A stretch of 63,291 nt of DNA from Candidatus Poseidoniales archaeon (GTDB taxonomy: Archaea; Thermoplasmatota; Poseidoniia; Poseidoniales; Poseidoniaceae): positions 1 through 63,291 of the forward strand of contig DUDM01000055.1 of the NCBI GenBank assembly GCA_012959275.1, read 5' to 3'. The notes under the pieces were generated by a model. It saw only the letters and a program-made list of their open reading frames with translations, was not told the origin of the DNA and did no database searches. The translations under genes were made by a program, and so were the position numbers. This document shows, one piece after another, positions 30,601-39,422 of this stretch (positions are counted from its first letter, which is position 1; each line of letters starts with the position of its first letter).

Positions 30601-33600
30601 ACCATCATGGAATAGTGACGCCCAAGGTGCAGTAGCGTTGTGGAATCTAAGTACTCAATCGTGGGAATCGAATTGGGATGTAACAGGCTCTGTTGAGAGA
30701 GTGGAGATTTACGAATCCTCAAGTGGCGACTTCTGGGTAGCATGGGGAAGTGTCTTCCTTAGACGCTATGACAGCAGTGGTCAGATAACTGGAGAATGGG
30801 GTGACACCGTAATTGATTTCCCTGTCAGGGAGATTTTGGAGTATGATGGTGAATTACTATTCGGAACTCAAGATGGAATTGCCCGTTATAATGAGACTAA
30901 TGGTCAATGGCTTAGCACATGGACCCCTGGAAGTGGAATGCCTTCTTCGTCAGAAGAAATAGTGATGGACCTATATGTAGAAGGTAGCGATTTATGGGTT
31001 GGAACTGCAGGTTCTAATTGGTGGGGTAATCCACAGGATCCAATGATTCTTCGATTAGACAGTAGTGCAACTTGGAATACATGGGATGGTGGACAAGGCT
31101 CGATTCCAAATGGCTTCCCAATCTCATTCGCTCGTTGTGATGACATCTTACATGTCGTGATGTCGAATAACTTCAATGGGGGAGTCGCTAGATATGACCT
31201 AAACACCGGCTCTTGGACAAACTCTTGGACTCAAAGTGGTGGAGACCTTTCTGACGATGCGCCTTCTGCAGTAACTTGTGATGACCAAGATGTACTGTAC
31301 ATCGGTTATTACCAAGCAGATGCAGGAGTAGACCGCTATGATTACCAAAGCGCCTCCTTTATTTCGCAAATAGACCGTGCATCAAATGGAATTTCTTCCG
31401 ACCGCACATGGTGGGATAGTATCGAGTGGTCAAGTGGGAAGTTGGCCATAGGACACGGAGTAGGAACAACTGGTGGTGCTAACGGTGGCACAGAAGTTGG
31501 CGGTTTCTCAATTCTCTCAGCATCTGGAAATAGTGCAGGCCAAGCAACCGTCATGTCGGTAGGAGCCAGTGTAACCTCTTTCCTCTCGGATTTAGGTGAC
31601 TTCTGGATAGGTCAGGCAGGTGGTTCAAGTGGATACTCAAAGATTGATTTCTATAATTCGCAACTCGGATTGAATACTATCATGGACCTACCCGGTTTGG
31701 TTAATGGAAATGTTGGTGAATTCATCTCTAATGGTACTCATGTCTGGGTAGTTACTGCCTCATCACAAAGTATTGGTCAAGGCGTACTACAAGGAATGAT
31801 TTTACCAAATGGGACTGTTAATTGGGAATTTGGTTGGAGTAATTATGGGGGGGAAATCGAAGAGATTACCCTCCAAGGTGGCTTTGTTTGGGCTACTATC
31901 AATGGTAGAGGACTTGCTAAGTTAGACCCACAAACGGGTTTGGCAATGCTAATGACGAGCGGTTTGCATAACATATTAGATGGAATTGAAGTCTATAATG
32001 GAAACTTGGTAGTTGGACTACAGGGCTCTTGGTCTTCAAGTGCTGGGATTGGAGTGTTTAATCCAGCAACTCACCAATGGGTTGCAGGAAGACTTCTATC
32101 TGGATTACCTAGCAATATTGTCAATGATTTTGCAATAATCGATGACATTGCATACTTTGCAACTGATGGGGGCATCGGTCTATGGAATATTACTTCAGAA
32201 GAATGGATGGATTCACTAACTACGATGGATGGACTGCCAACAAATGCTATCAACAGTCTTTCGTATGAGGCTGTAATGATTTTAATCAATAGTACAGTTA
32301 TAACGTGGGACATGCTATACATCGGCACAAGTGCAGGCTTAGCAAGGATGGATATGATGAATAACACCTTCCTCAGTACTTTGACTACTCAAGATGGGCT
32401 GATTGGAAATTCCGTAGTTTCGAGTGTGATATGGGGCAATCCGGGCAGTAGAAATTTATTCATTGCTCATGATGGTGCTGGTAGTACAAGGCCTGGCGTG
32501 ACGGAAATCGATGTCACAACTGATAGTGTCGTTGACATTCATCGTATTGACCAAATTCCAAGTAATAATGTTCTCGCCCTCGCAGCTGATTGGTGGGGCT
32601 TACATATTGCCACTGACGAAGAGCCAATGGTGCATTGGAATTCAGCAACTCTTGACTTTGAAGATGGTGCGAGTTCTTGGCAGATGAATGGATGGCCTGT
32701 CGATAATCTAAAGAGTGATGGAAACCATCTGATTGCAACAACCTATTTCGGAATTACCTTACTTGATATTAGTGGAATGGGGCATGCTGTGCTCGGAAGA
32801 CATGCAATTTCTGAAACAACAAATGCCTTCGCAAGTAATGCTGGATATTGGGTCACCAGCGACTCAGGACTCTATGGCTGGGGTCCTGCACCTGCATTCA
32901 AAGAATATGACCGGTTGATTATGAGAAGAGCAATTCCGCTCTCTGCTAAGTTCATAGGTGCAAACAGCGATATCTCAACCAAAACTCATCCTGGGATGGA
33001 CATTACTCTGATCAATTCTTCAAATCCTCAAACTGTTCCACAAAGTGGAGGGACTCCTGGACCTAATGACATTAGTATGATTATGATGCCACTTATCTTA
33101 TCTTCACCTGTATCTAAAGGGGCTACTTGGGCTGCAAGTAAATCATTGAATTATAGCGGCATGTGGTGGTTGAATGAAACCGATTCTGATTTAACAATGC
33201 GTTTCCAAAATATTGTCGATGGAAGTTTACTACAGAATGGAAGTAGGAATGTTGTGTTGAGACTATTCAGCCCAAATAACGGTTCCTTGCAATTCCGAAT
33301 TTCATATGATTGGGTGAGAACTGATAGCCCAGTCGATATTCAAGAACTCTATGATAGACCAAATGATGGTGGCGGTGCACTAATAGCAAATTGGAGTATG
33401 GTCAACGATGTTGACTTCTCTCGCTACTTGATTTTCCTCAATGAGGGTTCATGGTCGTCAATGCCAACGGAAACAGAGTTAATGGCAAGGAACCCCGATT
33501 CCACCGTTAGTATCTATACAAGAACTTCGACTTCGGTTAGTTCAGCCGATTCTTCGCCATTACAAGATGGAGTTGATTATTGGGCAGTTATCATCACTGA

Positions 33601-35926
33601 GTACATAGATGGACGTTGGGGTCCTATCAGTAGCCCATTTGGGCCTGCAAATTCAAGCGACGAAGTTCCAGCCTCTCCAGTTTGGGCAGAAGCGGGTCCA
33701 AATGAAGGTGGAGAAGTTGGTGAATTATTCGTTGAATGGGGGCGCTGTGATGCACTTGATTTGGTTGGAACAAAAATTTACCATTCCAGTACCATGATTA
33801 ACGATGTCATAGGAATGACCTCTTCAGTAAATGTGCCAAACTCTCAGGGCAATTCTACAATAATTTCCCTTGATGCTGGAAACCCATACTGGATTGGATT
33901 GACCTGCTATGATGAGGCAGGACAAGAAGACAAAGCAAATGCTATGATTATCGGTCCTGTTGTACCAACAGGTGGGCTAAACGATGGCATCCCTCCATCG
34001 AGAATTGAAGGAGTTTGGGCAGATGATGTACCAGATGATGAAGGAGGCCTCATTGAAGTTGGTTGGACTTTGAGCACTGCTGAAGATTGTGCCTTCTACA
34101 CGATTTATATTATGGAAGTTAACCTCGATGTTCCTGTGAATGAAGACGGAGTGCCTTTCAATGTAGATGATTTCCTAATTGCTGAGATAATTACCGACTG
34201 TGATACGAATGGTACTATCATTTCCTCTATCGATGGCGAACCTCTCGTTGATGGCCGACCATATTGGTTTGCTGTCGTTGCTGCTGATGACTGGCTAAAT
34301 GAAGACAAGGGCAATGTTCACATCGTTGAAGCAACACCTTTGCGAAATCTCATTAATGTCAATACGCCTCCCGTGAGAATCCAAGCAATCGATGCATGGG
34401 ATGTACCAAACGATGATGGAAATGCAATAGAAGTTCAATGGACTGCTGATGATTCCAATGATTTCGCATATTACATCGTCTGGGTAGCAGACCGAGACGT
34501 CAGTGATTTGGTAGAAGTACATGCAAAATATTCTCCTGACCTCGTGATGTGCGGTTGTATCAAGGTACAAAACCAGAGAAATGGAGATTCTGAAGAACCT
34601 TTGACATTGATAGTCACTGAAGCCCTCTATGGCGGTACAAGCCTAGTCGATGCCAGTCAATCAGGTATCGTTCCCGATGTCGAATTATTCGTCGCGATAA
34701 CTGTCCATGATATCAAAGGAAATGTTCACCTCGACAATTTGGAATCCGTTGATGTTACTCCGATTAATAACAACCTCGATGAAACCGCTCCAGAGCGCAT
34801 AGAGACAATTCTGCTTGCTGATTATGCAGGAGATTCAGGAGATAAGTTAGTTTTGACATTCGAATTATCTGATGAAAGCGATGTTGCAGAATACAGAGTG
34901 TACGCCGCTACTTGGAATTTTGAAGGAGAAGTAGGTCCTGGATTAAAGGGTCCAAATAATGCCATCTTAACTCTTGACAGAAATCCGGCCTTGCCGTTAG
35001 TCCTCGATGGAATATTCGATGAACCACTCATTCCAGGTTTGATGGTCCACGTTGCTGTCGTAGTTGTTGATAGTAGTGGAAATGCCCATTATGATGGCTT
35101 AACAATGGCTTCTGCTGCACCTGTAGATAATCTTGGAGATGACCCTGGTGCTCACCTACCAACAATTGCAAACCTACAAGTTGAATGGGTATCTGAAGGA
35201 AGTAGAATCCTTGTCAGTTGGAGTCCAACTGGAGATGCCGCGGTTCAATCATTCAAGGTCTATATCTCGAATGAAGAATTCGACAATGTCGATGATGCTG
35301 ACTTAGTAGAAACAGCATATGCATCCAATTCTATCTTCATCACCTCAGAAAACCATCTTGGCTTAGATAATGAAACTACTTGGTGGATCGGAGTCACTAC
35401 TTCAGAATGTGGTGAGAGTTATCCTGATTGCCCGATTTATCGTCGTGCTATTTCACCACTTTCACTTTCAACACCCAACTCTGAAACTAGCACTGAAGAA
35501 GAAGCAAAGAGTGCGGAGGGTGGATTTGATCTATCTAAATATGCAACTGTCCAAAATATTCTTGCAACTGCACTCGGCCTTGCTATTCTCGTCTTGCTGG
35601 TGGTTTTGGTGAAAGGCAAAGGAAGGGGAAGAAAAGCAAGTCAATGGGATTTGGAATCCACATGGGGCGTTGGAATACAGCCAAGAGGGGATTGGGATGA
35701 TGACTTTGATACCTTAGCTGCCCCCGCTCCAGATATGTCTGCTAGCATTATGTCTGCTGCTCAAAATATCCAATCATCAAATGCTGCCCCTCCACCAGAC
35801 ATGAACGCTAAAGTGCCAACTTCAACTTCACCAAGCATGGATTATTCTGGCTTAACAGGAGACCTTTTGGGTGAAACACCGAAGAAAGAGGGTATCGACA
35901 CCTCCTTCCTTGATGACCTTCTGTGA
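27620..35926 (+). CDS. Giant (2768 aa) surface protein: signal peptide, many Reg_prop-like beta-propeller blades, about 6 FnIII-like repeats, TM anchor, acidic tail
   Basis: Signal peptide; recurring GLPSN-type blades (GLPSNWM, GLPSNIV, GLPTNAI, QIPSNNV, GLDTNRI); DxPxDxGGxIxVxW repeats; TM ILATALGLAILVLLVVLV followed by KGKGRGRK. Confidence 0.8.
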   Translation: MSPLKSKMNNRSKSLFLAALMVMFSFSPILTSPFVSAEEAGRFASWPLTGSNDTGWVQLDATGADPMTGTGAYVDFELQLPPGAEVSNVSVGLMADGANGISIDEPMMHSIYSSDVLFDWSGYGSLGTADSFSGNNPHISRMAPFSDNGAGWLLPTGAQVDDLVIEALAPVDPIVSFTPYSLEIMATAIHPEDGRMYMAIGDSLLLLDANSDPLVIDLLEFPAADEIFDLDVDVSNDRLLITTRDDGIHAVSLTDGSDVGALPQSPVPDDWMAQIFSNGSDLFAASEEGIFSINSAGSGWTMERASGTTDWPTGEPTDIYEIGGVLYVSIWGGGIARWDMVNNQPLSVWNTANNLQSDEIHDIHDTGSQLLFSSYDEGISRYNHQGDFWQSTWSDSNWISSNQVVGSAQSGNTLGVLAGDNLHMYDTTVGSFTTTYSLNSLGLVREGMNLALWPAGGSRAPATDQILVSDGSGRLVVMEPTSSPLQQSDIVIASGPSGLSMHDVLQEGNIVWIAVDEYIDRFDIGAQEWLQPLDLGSEASALTSDGSSIFVATEDRGVVQINLTSAMIVSEWNTSSGLNADIATSLSTDGNWLVIGHPNQGVSILDLQSGSVDQTWSNSNGLDTNRINDVAILDEIAYLAQDEGGISRIDIVNQTELSPWRSTGVDQVQEAPIVVTGNILYMGLYGYGVIRKNLQTGQFLETWGSRQLPSLNIFALDVDSSGHIWIGTQGGARVWDGQHMNNVNSGNGWTRPTQFFDFDNANGVSYAATNAGICKFSTTSYSLDECWEDDDGLPSNWMKEVKLDGNNLFAGSWYGAALIDLTTEEVVQSWEAGEQTGNAVTEIIGDIAYVGLYNMGVARFNLTTSEWLPMWVDGSGGLLDTDQITSIAADTNPNRIWVGGSDGFQCLDWVNGTEEIDIEKSSSIFTGNGDPVEIIIDNGILHYIPTYYSGDNVHRIDITTLTKLSSLDAGQQAGINGYIHGFGIVDGNLAIGVGPSWNSDAQGAVALWNLSTQSWESNWDVTGSVERVEIYESSSGDFWVAWGSVFLRRYDSSGQITGEWGDTVIDFPVREILEYDGELLFGTQDGIARYNETNGQWLSTWTPGSGMPSSSEEIVMDLYVEGSDLWVGTAGSNWWGNPQDPMILRLDSSATWNTWDGGQGSIPNGFPISFARCDDILHVVMSNNFNGGVARYDLNTGSWTNSWTQSGGDLSDDAPSAVTCDDQDVLYIGYYQADAGVDRYDYQSASFISQIDRASNGISSDRTWWDSIEWSSGKLAIGHGVGTTGGANGGTEVGGFSILSASGNSAGQATVMSVGASVTSFLSDLGDFWIGQAGGSSGYSKIDFYNSQLGLNTIMDLPGLVNGNVGEFISNGTHVWVVTASSQSIGQGVLQGMILPNGTVNWEFGWSNYGGEIEEITLQGGFVWATINGRGLAKLDPQTGLAMLMTSGLHNILDGIEVYNGNLVVGLQGSWSSSAGIGVFNPATHQWVAGRLLSGLPSNIVNDFAIIDDIAYFATDGGIGLWNITSEEWMDSLTTMDGLPTNAINSLSYEAVMILINSTVITWDMLYIGTSAGLARMDMMNNTFLSTLTTQDGLIGNSVVSSVIWGNPGSRNLFIAHDGAGSTRPGVTEIDVTTDSVVDIHRIDQIPSNNVLALAADWWGLHIATDEEPMVHWNSATLDFEDGASSWQMNGWPVDNLKSDGNHLIATTYFGITLLDISGMGHAVLGRHAISETTNAFASNAGYWVTSDSGLYGWGPAPAFKEYDRLIMRRAIPLSAKFIGANSDISTKTHPGMDITLINSSNPQTVPQSGGTPGPNDISMIMMPLILSSPVSKGATWAASKSLNYSGMWWLNETDSDLTMRFQNIVDGSLLQNGSRNVVLRLFSPNNGSLQFRISYDWVRTDSPVDIQELYDRPNDGGGALIANWSMVNDVDFSRYLIFLNEGSWSSMPTETELMARNPDSTVSIYTRTSTSVSSADSSPLQDGVDYWAVIITEYIDGRWGPISSPFGPANSSDEVPASPVWAEAGPNEGGEVGELFVEWGRCDALDLVGTKIYHSSTMINDVIGMTSSVNVPNSQGNSTIISLDAGNPYWIGLTCYDEAGQEDKANAMIIGPVVPTGGLNDGIPPSRIEGVWADDVPDDEGGLIEVGWTLSTAEDCAFYTIYIMEVNLDVPVNEDGVPFNVDDFLIAEIITDCDTNGTIISSIDGEPLVDGRPYWFAVVAADDWLNEDKGNVHIVEATPLRNLINVNTPPVRIQAIDAWDVPNDDGNAIEVQWTADDSNDFAYYIVWVADRDVSDLVEVHAKYSPDLVMCGCIKVQNQRNGDSEEPLTLIVTEALYGGTSLVDASQSGIVPDVELFVAITVHDIKGNVHLDNLESVDVTPINNNLDETAPERIETILLADYAGDSGDKLVLTFELSDESDVAEYRVYAATWNFEGEVGPGLKGPNNAILTLDRNPALPLVLDGIFDEPLIPGLMVHVAVVVVDSSGNAHYDGLTMASAAPVDNLGDDPGAHLPTIANLQVEWVSEGSRILVSWSPTGDAAVQSFKVYISNEEFDNVDDADLVETAYASNSIFITSENHLGLDNETTWWIGVTTSECGESYPDCPIYRRAISPLSLSTPNSETSTEEEAKSAEGGFDLSKYATVQNILATALGLAILVLLVVLVKGKGRGRKASQWDLESTWGVGIQPRGDWDDDFDTLAAPAPDMSASIMSAAQNIQSSNAAPPPDMNAKVPTSTSPSMDYSGLTGDLLGETPKKEGIDTSFLDDLL

Positions 35927-35932
35927 TGCTCT

Positions 35933-36706
35933 GTGGACGAAGCCGATGATGGAGACCCGTTCTCCAGTGTCTTCACTACATTAGCGTGGGATGGTGCCGA
36001 CAAGGTTGCTTTCTTCGATCTTCATTTGCAGAGATTGAGTGAGCATGCAAGCCGCCTTCGAATAGATTTACCAGATGATTTGAAATCCTCTGTGCTTATT
36101 GCCATGAGAGATATTCCATCAATAGAAAATGAAAAATTAATCCCTGCAGGGTTAATTTCTGTGCGCCTATCCAAAGATGGAAAAATAACATGTAAAGGAA
36201 GAATAAACCAACAAAGACAACCCCCTTTAGCCGCAATTTCTCAAGTTGCCCCGCGTTGGTCAAAAAGAGTAACAGGTTGCAAACATGGAGATTGGAATAC
36301 CTATGATGATGCTAGGAAAAATGCAAGAAGTGCAGGAGCAGATATTGCACTACTAACCTACGATGGGGCAGTAATTGATGGCGATAGGGCTGCTCCAATT
36401 CTACTGGATGAAGATGGTGAAGCATGGGTTGCAGAACAAACAAGTGGTGGAATCGATTCTATCACTTTGAATGTGATTATAGGTAATCTGGATCAACATG
36501 GGATTCCTGTTAATCGGGGTATAATCAATGAACGAATGCTTGCAAAAGCAAGGGAATTAATCGTCGTTGGTTCGGGCATTGGAGTTGCAAGAGTTGAAGA
36601 ATTAGATGAACAAAATATTGGAATCGATGGGGGTGCTGAATTATCAAAAGCGGCATCCCAAATACTCGCCAAGGCATTAGAACAGTCATGGGAGGGGTTT
36701 CGTTGA
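35933..36706 (+). CDS. pabC: Class IV aminotransferase, probable 4-amino-4-deoxychorismate lyase
   Basis: VFTT, HLQRL, GCKHGDW (PLP Lys), GIDSITL; directly upstream of a PIKGT-type PabB; GTG start uncertain. Confidence 0.7.
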   Translation: MDEADDGDPFSSVFTTLAWDGADKVAFFDLHLQRLSEHASRLRIDLPDDLKSSVLIAMRDIPSIENEKLIPAGLISVRLSKDGKITCKGRINQQRQPPLAAISQVAPRWSKRVTGCKHGDWNTYDDARKNARSAGADIALLTYDGAVIDGDRAAPILLDEDGEAWVAEQTSGGIDSITLNVIIGNLDQHGIPVNRGIINERMLAKARELIVVGSGIGVARVEELDEQNIGIDGGAELSKAASQILAKALEQSWEGFR

Positions 36707-39000
36707 AGGGGCATCGCTACTGGAATTGTGCTGATGATTCAGGCCTTCTTCTATCCCTGACTGAAATATTACGTAAAGAATCCCTGCTTTCATCTTCAAA
36801 ATGGGGAGGGACAGATGAACTATTGCTCCTTTCAGGAGGCCCAATGACCGATTTTTCTTCACACAGTATGATGATGGGGCCACCAAAAATGAGAGTGATT
36901 GCCCGTCAACCAGAAATAAACTTTCTACCACCAAGAAGTGATGATTGCTCACCAATGAAAGGAGAAATTACCCTTGGCCCACAACCACCTGCACTGGAAT
37001 TACAAGTTCAAGAATGGGATGGGATAGAATGGAAAACTACCTCTCACCATTTTGGAGTAAACTTAGGTGAAGCCCTATCTACACTTGACCAACTACAAAC
37101 TCCAAGAGATTCTTTTGAACACATAGTAAACCCAGGCTCTTGGGCCGGTGGATTGGCTTATGACTTAGTACAATGGACCCAGCCTTGGCAATTATTTCAC
37201 CCTCCTGATGAAGGCGATATTCTACTTCTTCTCTACAGAGTAGATAGGTGGATATTGCACGATAGAGCGAGTTCAACTTTGCATCTAATAGTAGAAGGTG
37301 ATGATGAATGGGGCAATGAAGTAGAGGATTTATTGTCAATTCTTCCAAACCCAATCAATATTCCAACACGCTCTCCAGATACGCCAATCCAGCCAAGCGT
37401 TGAAGTTTCAAGCCAAAGTGATGAGGAACATACTAAGATTGTTGAAGAGGTAAAGAAGTCCATCAAAGCCGGAGAATTCTACCAATTGAATTTCGGTAGA
37501 AGATGGATGGGAAAATTGCAAGAAGACCCTTGGAATACGATGTTACGTTTATGCAAAAATAATCCTGCACCGATGTCAACTTGGTTGAATAGTCCTGACC
37601 TTGATTTAGCCATATGCTCTTGTTCACCCGAATTACTGATGGCCGTCAAAGACAGACAAGTTAGTACTAGACCAATCAAGGGTACACGCCCTCGGAATCA
37701 AGATATTCACTTGGATGAACAGCTTAGAAATGAATTGATTTCGGATAAAAAAGAAAATTCCGAACATCGAATGCTGGTTGACCTTGAGCGTAATGACATA
37801 GGAATTGTATGCCAACCTGGAAGTGTCGACGCAAGTCAATTCCAAGTTGAGGCGTATTCGCAAGTTCAGCATTTAGTAACTGAAGTTCAAGGCACCCTTC
37901 AAGACGAGGAAAATGTATGGAGTGCTTTGAATGCGATATTCCCTGGCGGTAGCATTACTGGTTGTCCGAAAACTGCCACCATTGCCGCTATTGATGAATT
38001 AGAAAAACACAATCGTTCATTCTGGACTGGGTCAATTGGTTATTCTGACCCAAGATGTGGTACAGCAATGTGGAATATTTTGATTAGAACAATGGAGGCA
38101 AAACAAGGAATTGGAGGTTGGAAAGCAACTATTCAAGCAGGAGGGGGGTTAGTAATGGCTTCTAATGCCAAGATGGAAGTTGAGGAAGCAAAGTGGAAGG
38201 CACAGGCTTTGAGGGTAGCAGCGGGATGGTTGTCCGAAGAGCGTTCAACTGAAAATGTAAATTGCCCACATGCCATTTACCCATTGAATATCAAACGCCG
38301 GCCCGTAAAACTCAACTCTGAAATAGGTAAAATTGCTTATTGGGAGGAGGATTTGATTGCTCTGGAATCTGAATTAAGAGTCCTTTTCATCGATAATCTT
38401 GACTCTTTCACATGGAATATAATGCATTCACTTTGCGAGTTAGGGGCAGATGTAGTTCATTGCCAAGGGAGAGGGGGCGCACCAGAACAATTGACAGATA
38501 TGTTGTCAAAAGTCAATCCAACTCATATCCTGATTGGGCCAGGCCCTGGGCGACCTGAAGCCTCCCCCCTCTCAATGCAGATTGCCGAGGTAGCCTTGCA
38601 TGGTCAACTGCCTCCTGTATTAGGAATTTGTTTAGGCCATCAAGCCCTCGGAATTGCTGCTGGAATGAAACTTCGTCAATGCCCAAATGGTGCTATTCAC
38701 GGCATTCCTGTTGCCATTCATCATCAAAAAGATAGTGTGTTCTCAGGATTTTCTTCACCAATGTTGATGACCAGATATAACAGCCTAAGTCTTGAACAGA
38801 GTGAATCATGCCTGAAAATTATTGCTACCGATGAAAATCAAGAAGTGATGGCAATTCAACATAATAATCTCCCTATTTTAGGCCTCCAATTCCATCCTGA
38901 ATCTATTGGTTCTACAATGGGGATTGACCTAATCAGTTCCTTCCTCTCTTCTCCGGCGCGACGCGAGGTTGAAGAACAGGATTCCCACCGTAGAGATTAG
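36703..39000 (+). CDS. pabB: Aminodeoxychorismate synthase: PabB domain fused to C-terminal glutamine amidotransferase (PabA)
   Basis: GEFYQLNF, CSPELL, RPIKGTRPR, EHRMLVDLERND, FPGGSITGCPK; GATase IDNLDSFT, GPGPG, LGICLGHQ, QFHPES; TTG overlaps pabC stop (TTGA). Confidence 0.85.
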   Translation: MKGHRYWNCADDSGLLLSLTEILRKESLLSSSKWGGTDELLLLSGGPMTDFSSHSMMMGPPKMRVIARQPEINFLPPRSDDCSPMKGEITLGPQPPALELQVQEWDGIEWKTTSHHFGVNLGEALSTLDQLQTPRDSFEHIVNPGSWAGGLAYDLVQWTQPWQLFHPPDEGDILLLLYRVDRWILHDRASSTLHLIVEGDDEWGNEVEDLLSILPNPINIPTRSPDTPIQPSVEVSSQSDEEHTKIVEEVKKSIKAGEFYQLNFGRRWMGKLQEDPWNTMLRLCKNNPAPMSTWLNSPDLDLAICSCSPELLMAVKDRQVSTRPIKGTRPRNQDIHLDEQLRNELISDKKENSEHRMLVDLERNDIGIVCQPGSVDASQFQVEAYSQVQHLVTEVQGTLQDEENVWSALNAIFPGGSITGCPKTATIAAIDELEKHNRSFWTGSIGYSDPRCGTAMWNILIRTMEAKQGIGGWKATIQAGGGLVMASNAKMEVEEAKWKAQALRVAAGWLSEERSTENVNCPHAIYPLNIKRRPVKLNSEIGKIAYWEEDLIALESELRVLFIDNLDSFTWNIMHSLCELGADVVHCQGRGGAPEQLTDMLSKVNPTHILIGPGPGRPEASPLSMQIAEVALHGQLPPVLGICLGHQALGIAAGMKLRQCPNGAIHGIPVAIHHQKDSVFSGFSSPMLMTRYNSLSLEQSESCLKIIATDENQEVMAIQHNNLPILGLQFHPESIGSTMGIDLISSFLSSPARREVEEQDSHRRD

Positions 39001-39009
39001 AGGGACAAC

Positions 39010-39396
39010 ATGCCAGCATGCCGTTTTTGTTTCACAACTTATCCAAGAGAGTTTTTCATCCTTGGAAATGGACCAAGAAAAGACGTCTGTCAACGCTGTG
39101 GAATTGAAGAAGGGTTGATTGAAGAATCAGAAGCAGCGATGCTTTTTGATGCTGGGCTTGCAAGTTCGAGATTGACACTTTTGTCGAGACGCTGGGCTCC
39201 AATGCTCTGGGTTCTCGCCCTTTGGGGGATGTGGTTCGTTATTCTCTCAGATATTCCAACTTGGGGTATGTTTTCCCTAATTGTGCTAATTATTGTATCT
39301 TTAGTATTACCAGTAAATATGATGTTGAATAGAGCAAAATATTCTGCATTATTCTCTGGCTTAACACCGACTCACCAAAGACCACCTGGTCATTGA
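39010..39396 (+). CDS. Hypothetical protein: N-terminal Zn ribbon (CxxC...CxxC) plus 2 TM
   Basis: CRFC and CQRC pairs; hydrophobic hairpin; GAGGGA SD. Confidence 0.7.
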   Translation: MPACRFCFTTYPREFFILGNGPRKDVCQRCGIEEGLIEESEAAMLFDAGLASSRLTLLSRRWAPMLWVLALWGMWFVILSDIPTWGMFSLIVLIIVSLVLPVNMMLNRAKYSALFSGLTPTHQRPPGH

Positions 39397-39422
39397 TCCA
39401 CCAATTCTTAATTACTGGATTT

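Noticed and set aside
35926-35949. Possible frameshift at the pabC start (ATG overlapping the upstream stop is out of frame)
   Set aside because: An in-frame GTG at 35933 gives a plausible start; no slippery site or homology evidence available
36703-39000. Anthranilate synthase TrpE(G) call
   Set aside because: PIKGT motif and adjacent PabC-like gene favour ADC synthase; no other trp genes nearby
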